Below, one piece after another: positions 29,201-38,470 of a DNA stretch of 64,000 nucleotides. The stretch comes from a virus. The position numbers and the translations under genes are program-made. The DNA lies in IMG/VR virus record IMGVR_UViG_3300036985_001509, positions 1 through 64,000 of that record; one strand, 5' to 3'. Position 1 is the first letter of the stretch. The number at the start of each line of letters is the position of its first letter. Below the pieces are notes generated by a model that had not been told where the DNA came from, did not search any database, and saw only the letters and a program-made list of their open reading frames with translations.

Positions 29201-30023
29201 AATTCAAACTGTCCTGGTAACTTCTTAGTCTAGGATCTCTAGGATCTGATGTATAGATGGGTTGTCTGATTCCTTTTTGAGCCATGGGAACGGTCTGGTT
29301 AGCTCCAGCCATAGGAGGCTGTAGAATGCCACCACTTTTAAAATTAAACTTTACATCTCTATTCCAAACAGGTTTACGACTTTCAGCATTTCTAATAGAT
29401 TTTATAAGTCTAGTGTATTCCCGTATTTGTGAATCATCTCTGAAAGGACCAGTTCTATAGTTCTCAACCCACTCATAACCTTTTGCAAGTTTACCCATAG
29501 ATTTTGGAGGAGTGTTTTTGTCTCCTTCTCTGTATTCTTCCATACCTGTACCAAGTCCTCTTACCCATCCAGATTTAGTTTCATAGTATTCTGGAACAGT
29601 TGCTCTTTTCTCAAGATAGAATTTATCAAATCTATCATCTGTTGGTAAAGCATATGGAATAGGCTGGTTATAGGACTTTACCCACTCATCACGAAAGTTT
29701 GTAAGATAGTCTCTTGAATATGGTGTGAACGTATCTCCAGTTTGATATTTTGGTAAATCACCACCATCTCTCCAAGCACCACCCCAGGCAGGATTGAAAT
29801 TGAATCCTTTATCTGTTAGTCCTCCCATTGTTCCCTCAATACCATTCTGTGCTTGGGGAGCATCAAATTTATCTAACCAGCCACCAGACTCAACTTTATA
29901 AGGTTTAGCCCCACCAGCAATAGCTCCAAAGAACTTACGTTGTTGTTCTGTAAGAGGATGCCCATGCACCTCCTTGTCGTGAAGGATCTTCTTTGCTTTT
30001 GTGGATGTGAGCTTCTTTGCCAT
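26256..30023 (-). CDS. Modular virion cargo protein with HEXXH zincin cassette
   Basis: 1255 aa directly after the muzzle genes; three GGWLDK(Y/F) repeats; AHEAGH...PNE zincin motif; C-terminal IIPSNVITMEGVDQPLVGVSDTG...MPGEDYEFDGEYVTEYP domain. Confidence 0.65.
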   Translation of the reverse strand: MAKKLTSTKAKKILHDKEVHGHPLTEQQRKFFGAIAGGAKPYKVESGGWLDKFDAPQAQNGIEGTMGGLTDKGFNFNPAWGGAWRDGGDLPKYQTGDTFTPYSRDYLTNFRDEWVKSYNQPIPYALPTDDRFDKFYLEKRATVPEYYETKSGWVRGLGTGMEEYREGDKNTPPKSMGKLAKGYEWVENYRTGPFRDDSQIREYTRLIKSIRNAESRKPVWNRDVKFNFKSGGILQPPMAGANQTVPMAQKGIRQPIYTSDPRDPRLRSYQDSLNLYKAYQMQDKLMGPGSETSKYNIEWTTDELKKGRVKKIVKGLEEFGPISKDFQSEKDQFEGGFNDFSSRREDKKLIDYYKSLGFGPNQIMYHSSPDVVSDKIRAIGTYFDGTANSPIYKKPVQPVEYKKRVLEKPNLSVDLPNIELTDVRPTITQPTFEQARVDMSKPTKYSYTYPTFDKDVQKTMYFPDRNSWKTFVEQQRFTSSQEGKDYGSATGQFAMGGSLPGSVGFTYARTQSPAPANGPYAKKTKASAQNGQEMKFYQEGLDFTPKTISKNGGWLDKYDVPQAQTGKMLEYLKSKKTAPVVTKGEPMSEEMQKRITTETLRRQTQKNKPLTATNTREQAVERGRAENLRVIEENKEYDRQAMAEGKAAEATRENPNVPFTFPTGESKLWKDMDWREQQYVSGRNLGSMSRSNNWTDWINPITMFGEMGEGLATAPYMARETDSNLPYIAGIVSPLLTGALGGAGTRSTGQFANNMLNPVAGMDLSFNKIGKKITNAMLSPFSKSTQSAIKSFNRGLDRGIGDVLSGRPISETFPITKKQVQLAKQKATQEHTQGARFARDWYYDSKGAIRPEVEQKIESILKSKGAPLENYPYYSNYKTSGTSSYKSTDPITGIDSYRFITNPFADSPDVVVGSSTKSILESGLSDDAKKYLLEERHKIGGVNFVNAYGPGPSMTLFGQGPHYFRPSSVGDIGAHEAGHTAQNLGGISYDPRTGVPYHGYKKDTWGEVTTSTSPDYEYYIPNPTTELGQRFGKAMIEPEKGKYTWEASPNELHSDLMIARRRTHENLMKQGLDYQTAINKIQKETMTDDAMVDELIRQGSLNRFFKKDTPIEEKRALIRLLPAAVPAVGAASMLGGESEESPKRAFQYGGDIPIDPMGYWNPENVGSPVIIPSNVITMEGVDQPLVGVSDTGDVQYMMPGEDYEFDGEYVTEYPVAKKGISVNNADAQPLKKLDQLLNFTNYNKPTKGGWLDKYN

Positions 30024-30024
30024 G

Positions 30025-30891
30025 TTACTTGTAAGAGATTTGGGCTGGTGTAATGATAAACTGTGATGTCAGGTGGGCATCATACCTATTATCTAGAATA
30101 TGTCTCACCTTCAGTTCCTTAGCTCTTAGAGGTTCCTTCTTAAAGGATCTCTTGCCATAGTCCATGTTGGCTTGATTCACCACCTTGTCTATAGACAGAG
30201 ATTCACATGTACGTACAAAAAGAGGTTCCTGCTTATACTTAACCAATGACCAGAATGTGTTGTACTGATAGAAGTTATCGCTCTTGGTGAACGTAATTGT
30301 CTTACTGTCAGTGTTGTATACAGGATACTTCAAGTAGTCCTTCAGGTTGTTGATTGGTTTGGGAACCAGTTCAAGAACACCAGTGGACTGCTGACCGTTA
30401 TACAAAACAGCTTTGTTAAACCAAGCATTGTCAGTTTCTATCTTACGACTGTCATCAGACACACCGTCTGGATCAGAGAAGTATCTATATGCCTTAGTGT
30501 AATCTTGCACGCTCTGAAGGATTTCATCCTGGAAAGAATAGGCAAACGGATACTCAATGATGTAGGGTTCGATGTTTCCGTAGAAGTAGTTGTATATCAC
30601 TGGATTCTTTAGGTGCCTCCAGATACAAGCTGTTCTGGTTCTTGTGTATTCTGTGGCTGCTAAAGCTACAATGTTTGTAACAGTGATTGGGAATGTTTTC
30701 TTGTTCTTACACTTACCAGTGGACTCAACAGTCACCATAATAACATTATCATCTACAACATAGCTCACCCCCTGAATCAGCAAATCTCTGGGAACATCTG
30801 TTGCCAGGATGGTACCATATTCAGTGCTGATTGTGAAGGGTCCTGCTGTAGGCCCTGAGCTAGTCAACTTTATGATGATTGTCTTTGGCAT
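30025..30891 (-). CDS. C-terminal part of muzzle/tail stabilisation protein, with its own N-terminal beta-rich domain
   Basis: IWRH...NYFYGNIEPYIIEYPF...FNKAVLYNGQQSTGVLELV...LRAKELKVRHILDN resembles the distal part of crAss-like muzzle proteins (from memory); starts 12 nt after the upstream gene's stop. Confidence 0.6.
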   Translation of the reverse strand: MPKTIIIKLTSSGPTAGPFTISTEYGTILATDVPRDLLIQGVSYVVDDNVIMVTVESTGKCKNKKTFPITVTNIVALAATEYTRTRTACIWRHLKNPVIYNYFYGNIEPYIIEYPFAYSFQDEILQSVQDYTKAYRYFSDPDGVSDDSRKIETDNAWFNKAVLYNGQQSTGVLELVPKPINNLKDYLKYPVYNTDSKTITFTKSDNFYQYNTFWSLVKYKQEPLFVRTCESLSIDKVVNQANMDYGKRSFKKEPLRAKELKVRHILDNRYDAHLTSQFIITPAQISYK

Positions 30892-30903
30892 TTGATTAGT
30901 CTT

Positions 30904-33900
30904 TTACACTCCACAAGAACCACTAGTAGAGACAGTACCAGATCCACCAGTGATTGCTATAGAACCAGTGATTGCACAAACATTCGCAGTGGTGGTGAAT
31001 GAGCCCAAGGCAGGTTCACCAGTTCCACACTCTGACCAGGTTAGCTGGATTGAACCAACTGGCTCAACAAGATAGTTTGTACAATTATCTAAGTAAGAGG
31101 TAGTTGTAGTTGTGGTTGTGCTGCTACTTGTAGTGGTAGTGGTAGTAGGTGTTATAGTTGTTGTGGTGGTGGTAGTTGGGACGCAAGGTGTACAGTCTTC
31201 ATCAGATGTACAAGTTGTTCCACAGTTATACTTATACAATGTACCACCACTTGGACTAGTAACTATAAACAAGCTTCCAGCTTTAATACAATGAACTGTT
31301 GAACCACCAATAACCAGAGTGTTAGTCTGCTGAATACCCTCACAATCTGTATGTATGTAAGTGATTGGTAGATCCTCTCCATTCACCACCGTCCAGCATT
31401 GACAAGGTAGTGTTGTAGTGGTAGTAGTGGTTGTTGGAACAGCTGTAGTGGTTGTGCTAGTTGTTGATGTAGTGGATGTACTTGTTGTAGTAGTTGATGT
31501 GGTGGAGCTTGTAGATGTACTAGATGTAGTGGTAGTTGTTGGAACAGGTCCAATTGTAGCAGCCAATATATCAAAATCATCACAACATCCATTGATACCA
31601 GAATAAAAGAAGTTGTTCTCACCAATGTACCAGTTGGGCAGATAGCTGTGGAAGCTTATCCAGCTCTTGGTATTGAAGTTGAAAGACACTGTCCAACTCT
31701 TGTTACAGAAGTATTCTGTGTCTGTCAGATATACCACCTTACGTGTAACTAAAGGAGCAACGGTGGTTGTAGTGGTGAGAGTGCCTGGTTTGGTCGTTGT
31801 ACTAGTGGTGGTTCCTGCGGATGTAGTAGTGCTAGTAGTAGTAGGAGGGTTCTGAGGATAACTACTGTCTATGTAGAACTCATTAGTTACAGGGTCCCAC
31901 TTAATATCAGCGCTCTTTGGAATATAGTCAAGCTTAGTGATAATAACACGGTCATATTTACTATCGTACACACCATGTAAACCAATACCATTGAAGTGGT
32001 TATCAATAGGCACATCGGGGAAGTAACGCAAGATCTCAAAGGCCAGGTGGTCTGTAAAGAACCTGTTCATTCCTGATCCAAAGGCTGACAGGTCTGTAAC
32101 CTGTGTACCAGCAACCAAGAACACCTGACCACGTTTAGCATCTATTGTAATCTGTCCCTGTGGAATCTTAAGGAGCATCTTGTGCTGGGTTCCTACATAT
32201 CCCAAATCAGTTTCAGCAAAATCAATTGGAGGAGCTCCTCTAAACAGAGAAGGATTACCAACATAAGCTGCCTGAGGGTTACTAGTGTCAATTGTCAACA
32301 GGTTGTTGTACAACAAACTCTTGTTCTCAAATCTAGCCAGAATAGCTCTGTTCTGAATTCCGTCCAGAGAAATAAGATCTCCAAAGTTCTGAGGGAAGTC
32401 AAAATAGGAAATAGCTCTGTAAGTGAGCCAGTTATTTACTGTGTTATCAGCATCTATATTCTGTGCGTCTGAATAGATTGCTCTAAACGGATACTGTGTA
32501 AAACATATAGCCTTCCAGTCATACGGCAGGTGTGTAAATACGTTCTCTTTGTTTTGCTTGGAGAAGGTTACATTGTAATAGTAGGTATTGTCCTGAGCAA
32601 TAGAAACATAGTCTTCTTGTACCCAATCATCAGGAATACCTGTACTTACATGTGGCCAGAAGTCTCCTTCTCTGTTGTTGAAAGCCTGACGTAAGTCAAC
32701 ATTGTAAGAGCTCTCACAGTAGAAATACGGAATGCCGTACGCAAACACATACATCTTACCATCATAGTAGGTTCTGCCAGGACTTGTAATAGGTGTTTGA
32801 CTATTAGGACAGTCTAACTGGTTAGCCTTGATGGATATGAAGTTTGTAAGGTTTTGTTGAGCCGCTACTGCTGTAGTGAGGATGGAACGTGCGGAGTGCC
32901 AATACTTTGGATAGGCCACATTACCAATCTCATCGTAGAAGATATCACTATCATCAGGAGCATTCACCCTGTTATCAATAAAGAAAGGTATCTTGGTCTT
33001 GAAGGCAAATTTGCTAATAAACGTATCACCTCCAAAGAAGGTAGCACTGCTAACTGTCAGAGGGGTGATATCTCTTTGGAATCCTGTATCTACAGTTGCA
33101 TAAGAATACATCTGCCCATACTGATTAGCATATATATTCTTCAGAGATCCATAGTAGCATATTGTACTTATGTATTCTTCCTTAGCAGGAGTGCCACAGT
33201 TATTACTAGTTCCATTAACACCAGCCGCACTGAGAGTCATTCTAGACCTATCGTTAACCGTTCCACCAATAGTGGGAGTTTGGTTGGGTAACGGAAGGGG
33301 AGGTCTGTTACCATCTGTCTTCAGATATACAGAACTCTCTCTGTTCCAGTTATTTACATTTCTATCATCTCCTACCCCCTGTACACCAGGAATGAGGTAT
33401 TGTTTTAAATCAAGCTCACGTTGCTTAATACCTAGGTTGTTGTTAATATCATTACCATAGTCATAACTGGCTATAGAGTTGTAGGAATAAGCATAGTTAC
33501 GTCTGGTGATACCATTAACGTAAATAGTAAGATAGGCCTGATAAGCAGCAAACAGAGCACTTGCATTAGCAGGATCTGTAATGTTTGCTATATTAGTAGC
33601 ACTGTTTAACGCATCCTGTTGAGCCTCAGCACTTAGGAGTCTGTACATGGCGTTCTTGTTCACCTGTACAAAGTGAGCCCTACCAGCACCATATATTACA
33701 TTCTCTAGCTTAAGAATGCTACCCAGGAATGGCTGTCCAAAAGAAGTTTCAGGAGAGTTAAATACATGTCTGTACTGAGACGCAGGATCACTAAAAGCAT
33801 CTAGTTTATCTGGATAGCAATTATCATTTCCTACAGAGCGTACAAATTCCACCTTGAAAATTGTACCTTCTCCTAGGGTGCTTTGATCAAACGTTGGTGT

Positions 33901-36279
33901 TGTAAGTGAAGCAATATTAAATACAAACTGTCTTGCTTCTCCAGGAACAAATCCAGGAACTACTGCTACATACTGATTGCTTAGGTCAAGAGGTTTATTA
34001 AAAATCGAGGTGCAGCAAGGTAATAATGGATCTTCTACAAGCGTAAGAGCACAATATTTTGTCCAACCATCAATAGGACCTCCAGGCATAGTAAATCCTG
34101 TAGGAGGAGGAAGTGGGTTTCCTTGACGTAGTCCGCATCTAGTAATAGGCCAAACTAGTCTAAACACAACATTTTGTGGTGTTGCATTAACCTTATCAAT
34201 TGTAATTTTATATACATTATAAGTATTAGAACCAATTGCTCCTGTAGCACCTCCTTTAAATATGGGCTTTGGATAGTCAAGAGCACAGAGATGAATAATA
34301 GTATTCACCTCAGCAAGCGTAATATCTCTAGTGGCTGTTTCTCCTGTGTAGCAGTCAAGATATTCAATCTGACCAGCAGCTGTTGGATAGATGCTAAAAT
34401 CTCTACACTGGGACGTAGTGCTTGTTGCAGCAAGAGGAATAGTATAAGCGTTGCTCTTCTCTAACAGGAACGGGTCCTGTCTAAGATCGTTATAAGGATA
34501 GTTGGGGAAGTAGTATTCTGTACCCTCACGGTCATACTTACCCATGTTTCTAAGAATACCCTTAGCTACGATAGATCTGTTGGTGCTTCTGTCACCACGG
34601 ATAATCTTAAATCCAGCTATCTGATTCTTCTGTTCAGTGGTTAGACCAGACGCTTGGATGAGAGACTGTACCTGTTGTACATCTATTTTTACACCCATTG
34701 GGAAAATAGCATCCTTTTGAATCACCATTGTATCTTGTCCTGTAAATAGAGCAGACTCAAATATGGGACTCACTAGCACATCTGGGAACTTGTGGTGTCT
34801 AATCTTCTGACCTGCCAGAGTTCCCCACAACTCATCATTACAAGGATACTCTTCTAAAGACTCCCAGTAGGCAAAATCACCATATTGATAAGGACCTTTA
34901 TAGGCTACTGCTGGGGAATAACCAGGAGAGAATCCTGAAACAGTACCTGTATTATATATCTTCCAATAGGGACTAGTTCCTGTAATAGGATCTGGGTCAC
35001 CTACAAAATCATCGTTTGTTTGAGGAACAGGAGCTAAGTCATTGCTAACTGCAACTCTTCCTGGAATGTGGAACCCATCAGTTTGTTTACCGTTATTGAG
35101 GAGGAATACAATCTCAAAGGCATACACCTCATCCCTCAGATATCCTCTGAAGTTGGTGGCATTTAGCTCATCTGCATAATTCTCATTAGCAGGAATACGG
35201 TAGGTTTCCCATTGCAAGGTGATACCAGTAGCTATCTGCTGGTAGTTAATTCTTTCAACAGACGTAAGCTGATCCCAAACCAGAATATCGCGTACAGCCG
35301 TTACGTCCTGAGCAATCTCGTAATAGGGGAACTTCTCAAATATGTCATCAACTGTCAGACGAATGGCAGTTTTGTTCTGACCTGAATAGGTAATCACCTG
35401 ACCTGGACCATCAATAAAATATGTACCTATCAACTCTACAGAGGTGATAGCATTTACAGTTCTAATAACTGCTACATTAAAATATTGGTAGAGTCCTGTA
35501 TTATCTAAGTTGCTGACAGTGAGTTCAATAGATCTACCCACTGGATAATTAAAATTAGCAGTGGTGATACTTGGGTCAGCAATAGGGGTGGGGTTAGTAA
35601 CAGAGTAGTAGGAAGTGTAAGGATTGGAAGCAGAGTCACAATACTGAATAGCAAACTGATATGTGCCTGCCTGTAGCTCACCACCTGAAACTATATTTGT
35701 AACGTCCAGTTGGGGAATGACAAAGTCAGGTTGTACATTTAGTCCGTTACAATCTATATCACTGCTGTAAACAGGATCGCACGCGGGCGTACCCCCTATA
35801 AGAATATAGGGTAGATTCTCAGGATTGAGATCAATATATCTACGGGGATTGAGTCCATCTGTCCAATATACCTCTGTGGTACACTCTGTAATCTTGTGAA
35901 CAGATTTATGGATTGGATTATTAATGTTGAAATTGAGACAAGGGGCATTTACATACTTACGGTAAACGCAGTCATTATTATCCATGTATCCTATCTCAGA
36001 ATCACCTGTTTCTGGATTAGTAATGAAGAATACATGTTTGTTCTTCTCTTGGATGAAATGGGTACCAATTAATACAAAGCCAGAAGGGAATGTAACGCAA
36101 AGTTCATTCCCTGGCTCATTCTGATAGTTTACAGAATTAGCATCAAAGTTTTCGACAGCAGCATTCAGCGCGTACGTTAGCTTACCTTTACCAACCTGGT
36201 TGAGGGTCTGATCGAGGTTTAAGCCAGTGGTAGCGTTGTTGAACTCCTGTCTTATACTGCCTTGTTCTTGCTCAGCCAT
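30904..36279 (-). CDS. Muzzle / tail stabilisation protein with Thr-rich C-terminal extension
   Basis: 1791 aa; N-terminal TGLNLD...YALNA...QNEPGNE, then GYLRDEVYAFEIVF, FGGDTFISKFAFK and SWTVSF...WISFHSYLP, all typical of the crAss-like stabilisation protein; synteny after a ring-protein gene. Confidence 0.8.
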   Translation of the reverse strand: MAEQEQGSIRQEFNNATTGLNLDQTLNQVGKGKLTYALNAAVENFDANSVNYQNEPGNELCVTFPSGFVLIGTHFIQEKNKHVFFITNPETGDSEIGYMDNNDCVYRKYVNAPCLNFNINNPIHKSVHKITECTTEVYWTDGLNPRRYIDLNPENLPYILIGGTPACDPVYSSDIDCNGLNVQPDFVIPQLDVTNIVSGGELQAGTYQFAIQYCDSASNPYTSYYSVTNPTPIADPSITTANFNYPVGRSIELTVSNLDNTGLYQYFNVAVIRTVNAITSVELIGTYFIDGPGQVITYSGQNKTAIRLTVDDIFEKFPYYEIAQDVTAVRDILVWDQLTSVERINYQQIATGITLQWETYRIPANENYADELNATNFRGYLRDEVYAFEIVFLLNNGKQTDGFHIPGRVAVSNDLAPVPQTNDDFVGDPDPITGTSPYWKIYNTGTVSGFSPGYSPAVAYKGPYQYGDFAYWESLEEYPCNDELWGTLAGQKIRHHKFPDVLVSPIFESALFTGQDTMVIQKDAIFPMGVKIDVQQVQSLIQASGLTTEQKNQIAGFKIIRGDRSTNRSIVAKGILRNMGKYDREGTEYYFPNYPYNDLRQDPFLLEKSNAYTIPLAATSTTSQCRDFSIYPTAAGQIEYLDCYTGETATRDITLAEVNTIIHLCALDYPKPIFKGGATGAIGSNTYNVYKITIDKVNATPQNVVFRLVWPITRCGLRQGNPLPPPTGFTMPGGPIDGWTKYCALTLVEDPLLPCCTSIFNKPLDLSNQYVAVVPGFVPGEARQFVFNIASLTTPTFDQSTLGEGTIFKVEFVRSVGNDNCYPDKLDAFSDPASQYRHVFNSPETSFGQPFLGSILKLENVIYGAGRAHFVQVNKNAMYRLLSAEAQQDALNSATNIANITDPANASALFAAYQAYLTIYVNGITRRNYAYSYNSIASYDYGNDINNNLGIKQRELDLKQYLIPGVQGVGDDRNVNNWNRESSVYLKTDGNRPPLPLPNQTPTIGGTVNDRSRMTLSAAGVNGTSNNCGTPAKEEYISTICYYGSLKNIYANQYGQMYSYATVDTGFQRDITPLTVSSATFFGGDTFISKFAFKTKIPFFIDNRVNAPDDSDIFYDEIGNVAYPKYWHSARSILTTAVAAQQNLTNFISIKANQLDCPNSQTPITSPGRTYYDGKMYVFAYGIPYFYCESSYNVDLRQAFNNREGDFWPHVSTGIPDDWVQEDYVSIAQDNTYYYNVTFSKQNKENVFTHLPYDWKAICFTQYPFRAIYSDAQNIDADNTVNNWLTYRAISYFDFPQNFGDLISLDGIQNRAILARFENKSLLYNNLLTIDTSNPQAAYVGNPSLFRGAPPIDFAETDLGYVGTQHKMLLKIPQGQITIDAKRGQVFLVAGTQVTDLSAFGSGMNRFFTDHLAFEILRYFPDVPIDNHFNGIGLHGVYDSKYDRVIITKLDYIPKSADIKWDPVTNEFYIDSSYPQNPPTTTSTTTSAGTTTSTTTKPGTLTTTTTVAPLVTRKVVYLTDTEYFCNKSWTVSFNFNTKSWISFHSYLPNWYIGENNFFYSGINGCCDDFDILAATIGPVPTTTTTSSTSTSSTTSTTTTSTSTTSTTSTTTTAVPTTTTTTTTLPCQCWTVVNGEDLPITYIHTDCEGIQQTNTLVIGGSTVHCIKAGSLFIVTSPSGGTLYKYNCGTTCTSDEDCTPCVPTTTTTTTITPTTTTTTSSSTTTTTTTSYLDNCTNYLVEPVGSIQLTWSECGTGEPALGSFTTTANVCAITGSIAITGGSGTVSTSGSCGV

Positions 36280-36284
36280 TTGTA

Positions 36285-37256
36285 TTAATTATTACGTCTC
36301 CAACCGTATCTATTGCTACGATTAGGTAATTCGTACATATTGAATCTGTTCAGATCGTTCTTAATTCTACGTTGCTTAGCCCACGGATCTTGTTTCTTAA
36401 TCTCAATGTCAGCCATAATGAACGCCTCCTCAGCTTGTTGTTTGTAATATCCGAGCTTTTGTTGGAGCTGATTAAAGGTTTCATCATTGGTCTGATTGGT
36501 GAGAGTTTCCATCATTTTATACTTGATGAAAGCCTCAATATATTCCCTGATACGGAAGTTGTCAGGGACCATCTGATTTCCACCAGCATCATATTCTGTA
36601 GCATAGAATATCAAGTGTACCACTCCGTTGCGGAAGTTGGTTACAAACTTGTTGTCTCTGATGTCAAATGAGTCATACCCAGCAGAACCAGGGGTAAACT
36701 CACGAAGAGGAGGTGCCTCTTGATAAAACTCCCAATTACTGGTATAGTCCACACCACAGTTATTCTGAGCAGAAATGTTTCCTGGTTTTAGCAGATACTC
36801 TCTTGTGTAAAGTACGGGAGCTTGGTTGTTTGTTTTGTATACAGACTGAACCAGGTTGGGCATGCACTTAGGGCAGAACTCCAGACCACAGTTACCAGCC
36901 TCACAGGGATTACCATACACAATTACAGGGCTCACCTGAATAGTTGTAGAGGTGGCAGCCTGTGAGTAGAAAGAGTTAGCTTGTTGATAAGGGAAACCGT
37001 TTACAGCTGTACACATCCATGCCTCACGAACAGCATAAAAGTTATCAGGAAGTCTAGCCTCGTAGTCACAGATGTATAACGCCTGCTCTTGAATCACATA
37101 TGTTGCTCTACCCAGCTTTCTAAGACACTTGTCCAGATAGGTGGGGAACATAAGATCGTCAATAGCCCCTGTATCGAAATAGCTTTTAAACTCTTCCTTT
37201 ACAGTGGAATAGACAACCTCAGGAGAGATGAAATTATATTTATAGTAGTATGACAT
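36285..37256 (-). CDS. Tail ring/adaptor protein
   Basis: 323 aa; LYICDYEARLPDNFY...FVTNFRNGVVHLIFYA...MVPDNFRIREYIEAFI; immediately upstream of the muzzle gene, as in crAss-like phages. Confidence 0.65.
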   Translation of the reverse strand: MSYYYKYNFISPEVVYSTVKEEFKSYFDTGAIDDLMFPTYLDKCLRKLGRATYVIQEQALYICDYEARLPDNFYAVREAWMCTAVNGFPYQQANSFYSQAATSTTIQVSPVIVYGNPCEAGNCGLEFCPKCMPNLVQSVYKTNNQAPVLYTREYLLKPGNISAQNNCGVDYTSNWEFYQEAPPLREFTPGSAGYDSFDIRDNKFVTNFRNGVVHLIFYATEYDAGGNQMVPDNFRIREYIEAFIKYKMMETLTNQTNDETFNQLQQKLGYYKQQAEEAFIMADIEIKKQDPWAKQRRIKNDLNRFNMYELPNRSNRYGWRRNN

Positions 37257-37261
37257 CTAGT

Positions 37262-37738
37262 TTACTTTTTCCATTCGTGATAAATATGCTGATATCTATC
37301 GTCGGTTTTGATGTAGTGAGACAACAATCTTGATGTGTTTCTGGAGGGTTTGAAATACCACAGTCCTGAGTGTCTAAACCTAGCTGTGTCTTTAAACCAA
37401 ATCCATCCGAAGAAATACCCCTCTGTGTGGAAATTGAAGTTGTAGATGCGCTTGCCCTTTTCCTTGGTCTTCTTCCAATCTATGGGCAGGTTGACAAACT
37501 CTTTACCATCCACCCCCTTCATCTTTCTGCGCTTCTTCTTATTAATAGAGAACTCACCAAACCCAAACGGAAGCTTTGCTCTTTCCCCTGTCTCCAGGAT
37601 GTATTCTTTGAAAGCTTCGTTATAGGTGTAGATGATATCTCTCCATTCATCAAACGTAAGTTTGATAGAAGGATTCTTCTTACAGAAATTGTTGTAGTTT
37701 TCTTTGCTGGCGCTTCTCCAGTCTATTTTGATTCGCAT
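37262..37738 (-). CDS. IHF/HU-like DNA-binding protein (crAss-like conserved)
   Basis: ETGERAKLPFGFGEFSINKKK HU-type beta-arm motif plus PIDWKKTKE...NFHTEGY; basic; lies between two ring-protein genes. Confidence 0.7.
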   Translation of the reverse strand: MRIKIDWRSASKENYNNFCKKNPSIKLTFDEWRDIIYTYNEAFKEYILETGERAKLPFGFGEFSINKKKRRKMKGVDGKEFVNLPIDWKKTKEKGKRIYNFNFHTEGYFFGWIWFKDTARFRHSGLWYFKPSRNTSRLLSHYIKTDDRYQHIYHEWKK

Positions 37739-37741
37739 GGC

Positions 37742-38470
37742 TTATCTCAAGTTTGGAGCGTTTGGTGCTTGACCATCAACTCCATCACTTGTGATGTCTG
37801 TCTTCAACCTGAAGTAGGTAGTTAATAACTTCTGAGAAGTTAATTCAAGAACTTGCTTTTCTAGATAACCAGGAACAGGAGACTCTTTATCAAGAGGATT
37901 CTTGCAGAGTTCTTCTGTTGTATATTCTGGTGTGCCACAGCCACACTCTGGATACATAATGGAATTAGGAACATCCTCCTCGAACAAAGCAACAAGTCTG
38001 ATGGCTTTCAGGAGGGGGTTGTTCACATAGAGATACCCATTAGAAATCCAGTAGTATTCTTCCTTCTTAATGATAGGAAGCTTAAGCAAGTTAATGTATC
38101 TGTTGATGGTTATTTCTTTTAGTTTCTTTCCCTGTCCACTCATGGCATTAATAGAGTAGACACCCTGTATAACATACTGGTAGTTACCCTCTGTAACGCG
38201 TGGAAGTTTGAACCTGGTTCTAGCCACGGAACAAGGATCTACGTAGTCACAACATTCAGAAATAGGAACTTCCACCATCTCCAGACAGGGAACGGTGGTG
38301 AATACTGTGTCAGTAGCCCAAAGCTTCCTCAGATTAGTCTCACGTTTAATCAGGAGGAAGGCATTGTTCTTAATCTCAGACATGACAGCTCTGTCCGTGA
38401 TCAAGCTATCTGTAGACAGAAGCTTGTGCATGGAGCGCACGTCTGAAACTAATTTCCTAAAAGTAGCCAT
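37742..38470 (-). CDS. Tail ring/tubular protein
   Basis: 242 aa; TFRKLVSDVR...CLEMVEVPISECC...YYWISNGYLYV...ESPVPGYLE; position in the ring-IHF-ring-muzzle block. Confidence 0.6.
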   Translation of the reverse strand: MATFRKLVSDVRSMHKLLSTDSLITDRAVMSEIKNNAFLLIKRETNLRKLWATDTVFTTVPCLEMVEVPISECCDYVDPCSVARTRFKLPRVTEGNYQYVIQGVYSINAMSGQGKKLKEITINRYINLLKLPIIKKEEYYWISNGYLYVNNPLLKAIRLVALFEEDVPNSIMYPECGCGTPEYTTEELCKNPLDKESPVPGYLEKQVLELTSQKLLTTYFRLKTDITSDGVDGQAPNAPNLR

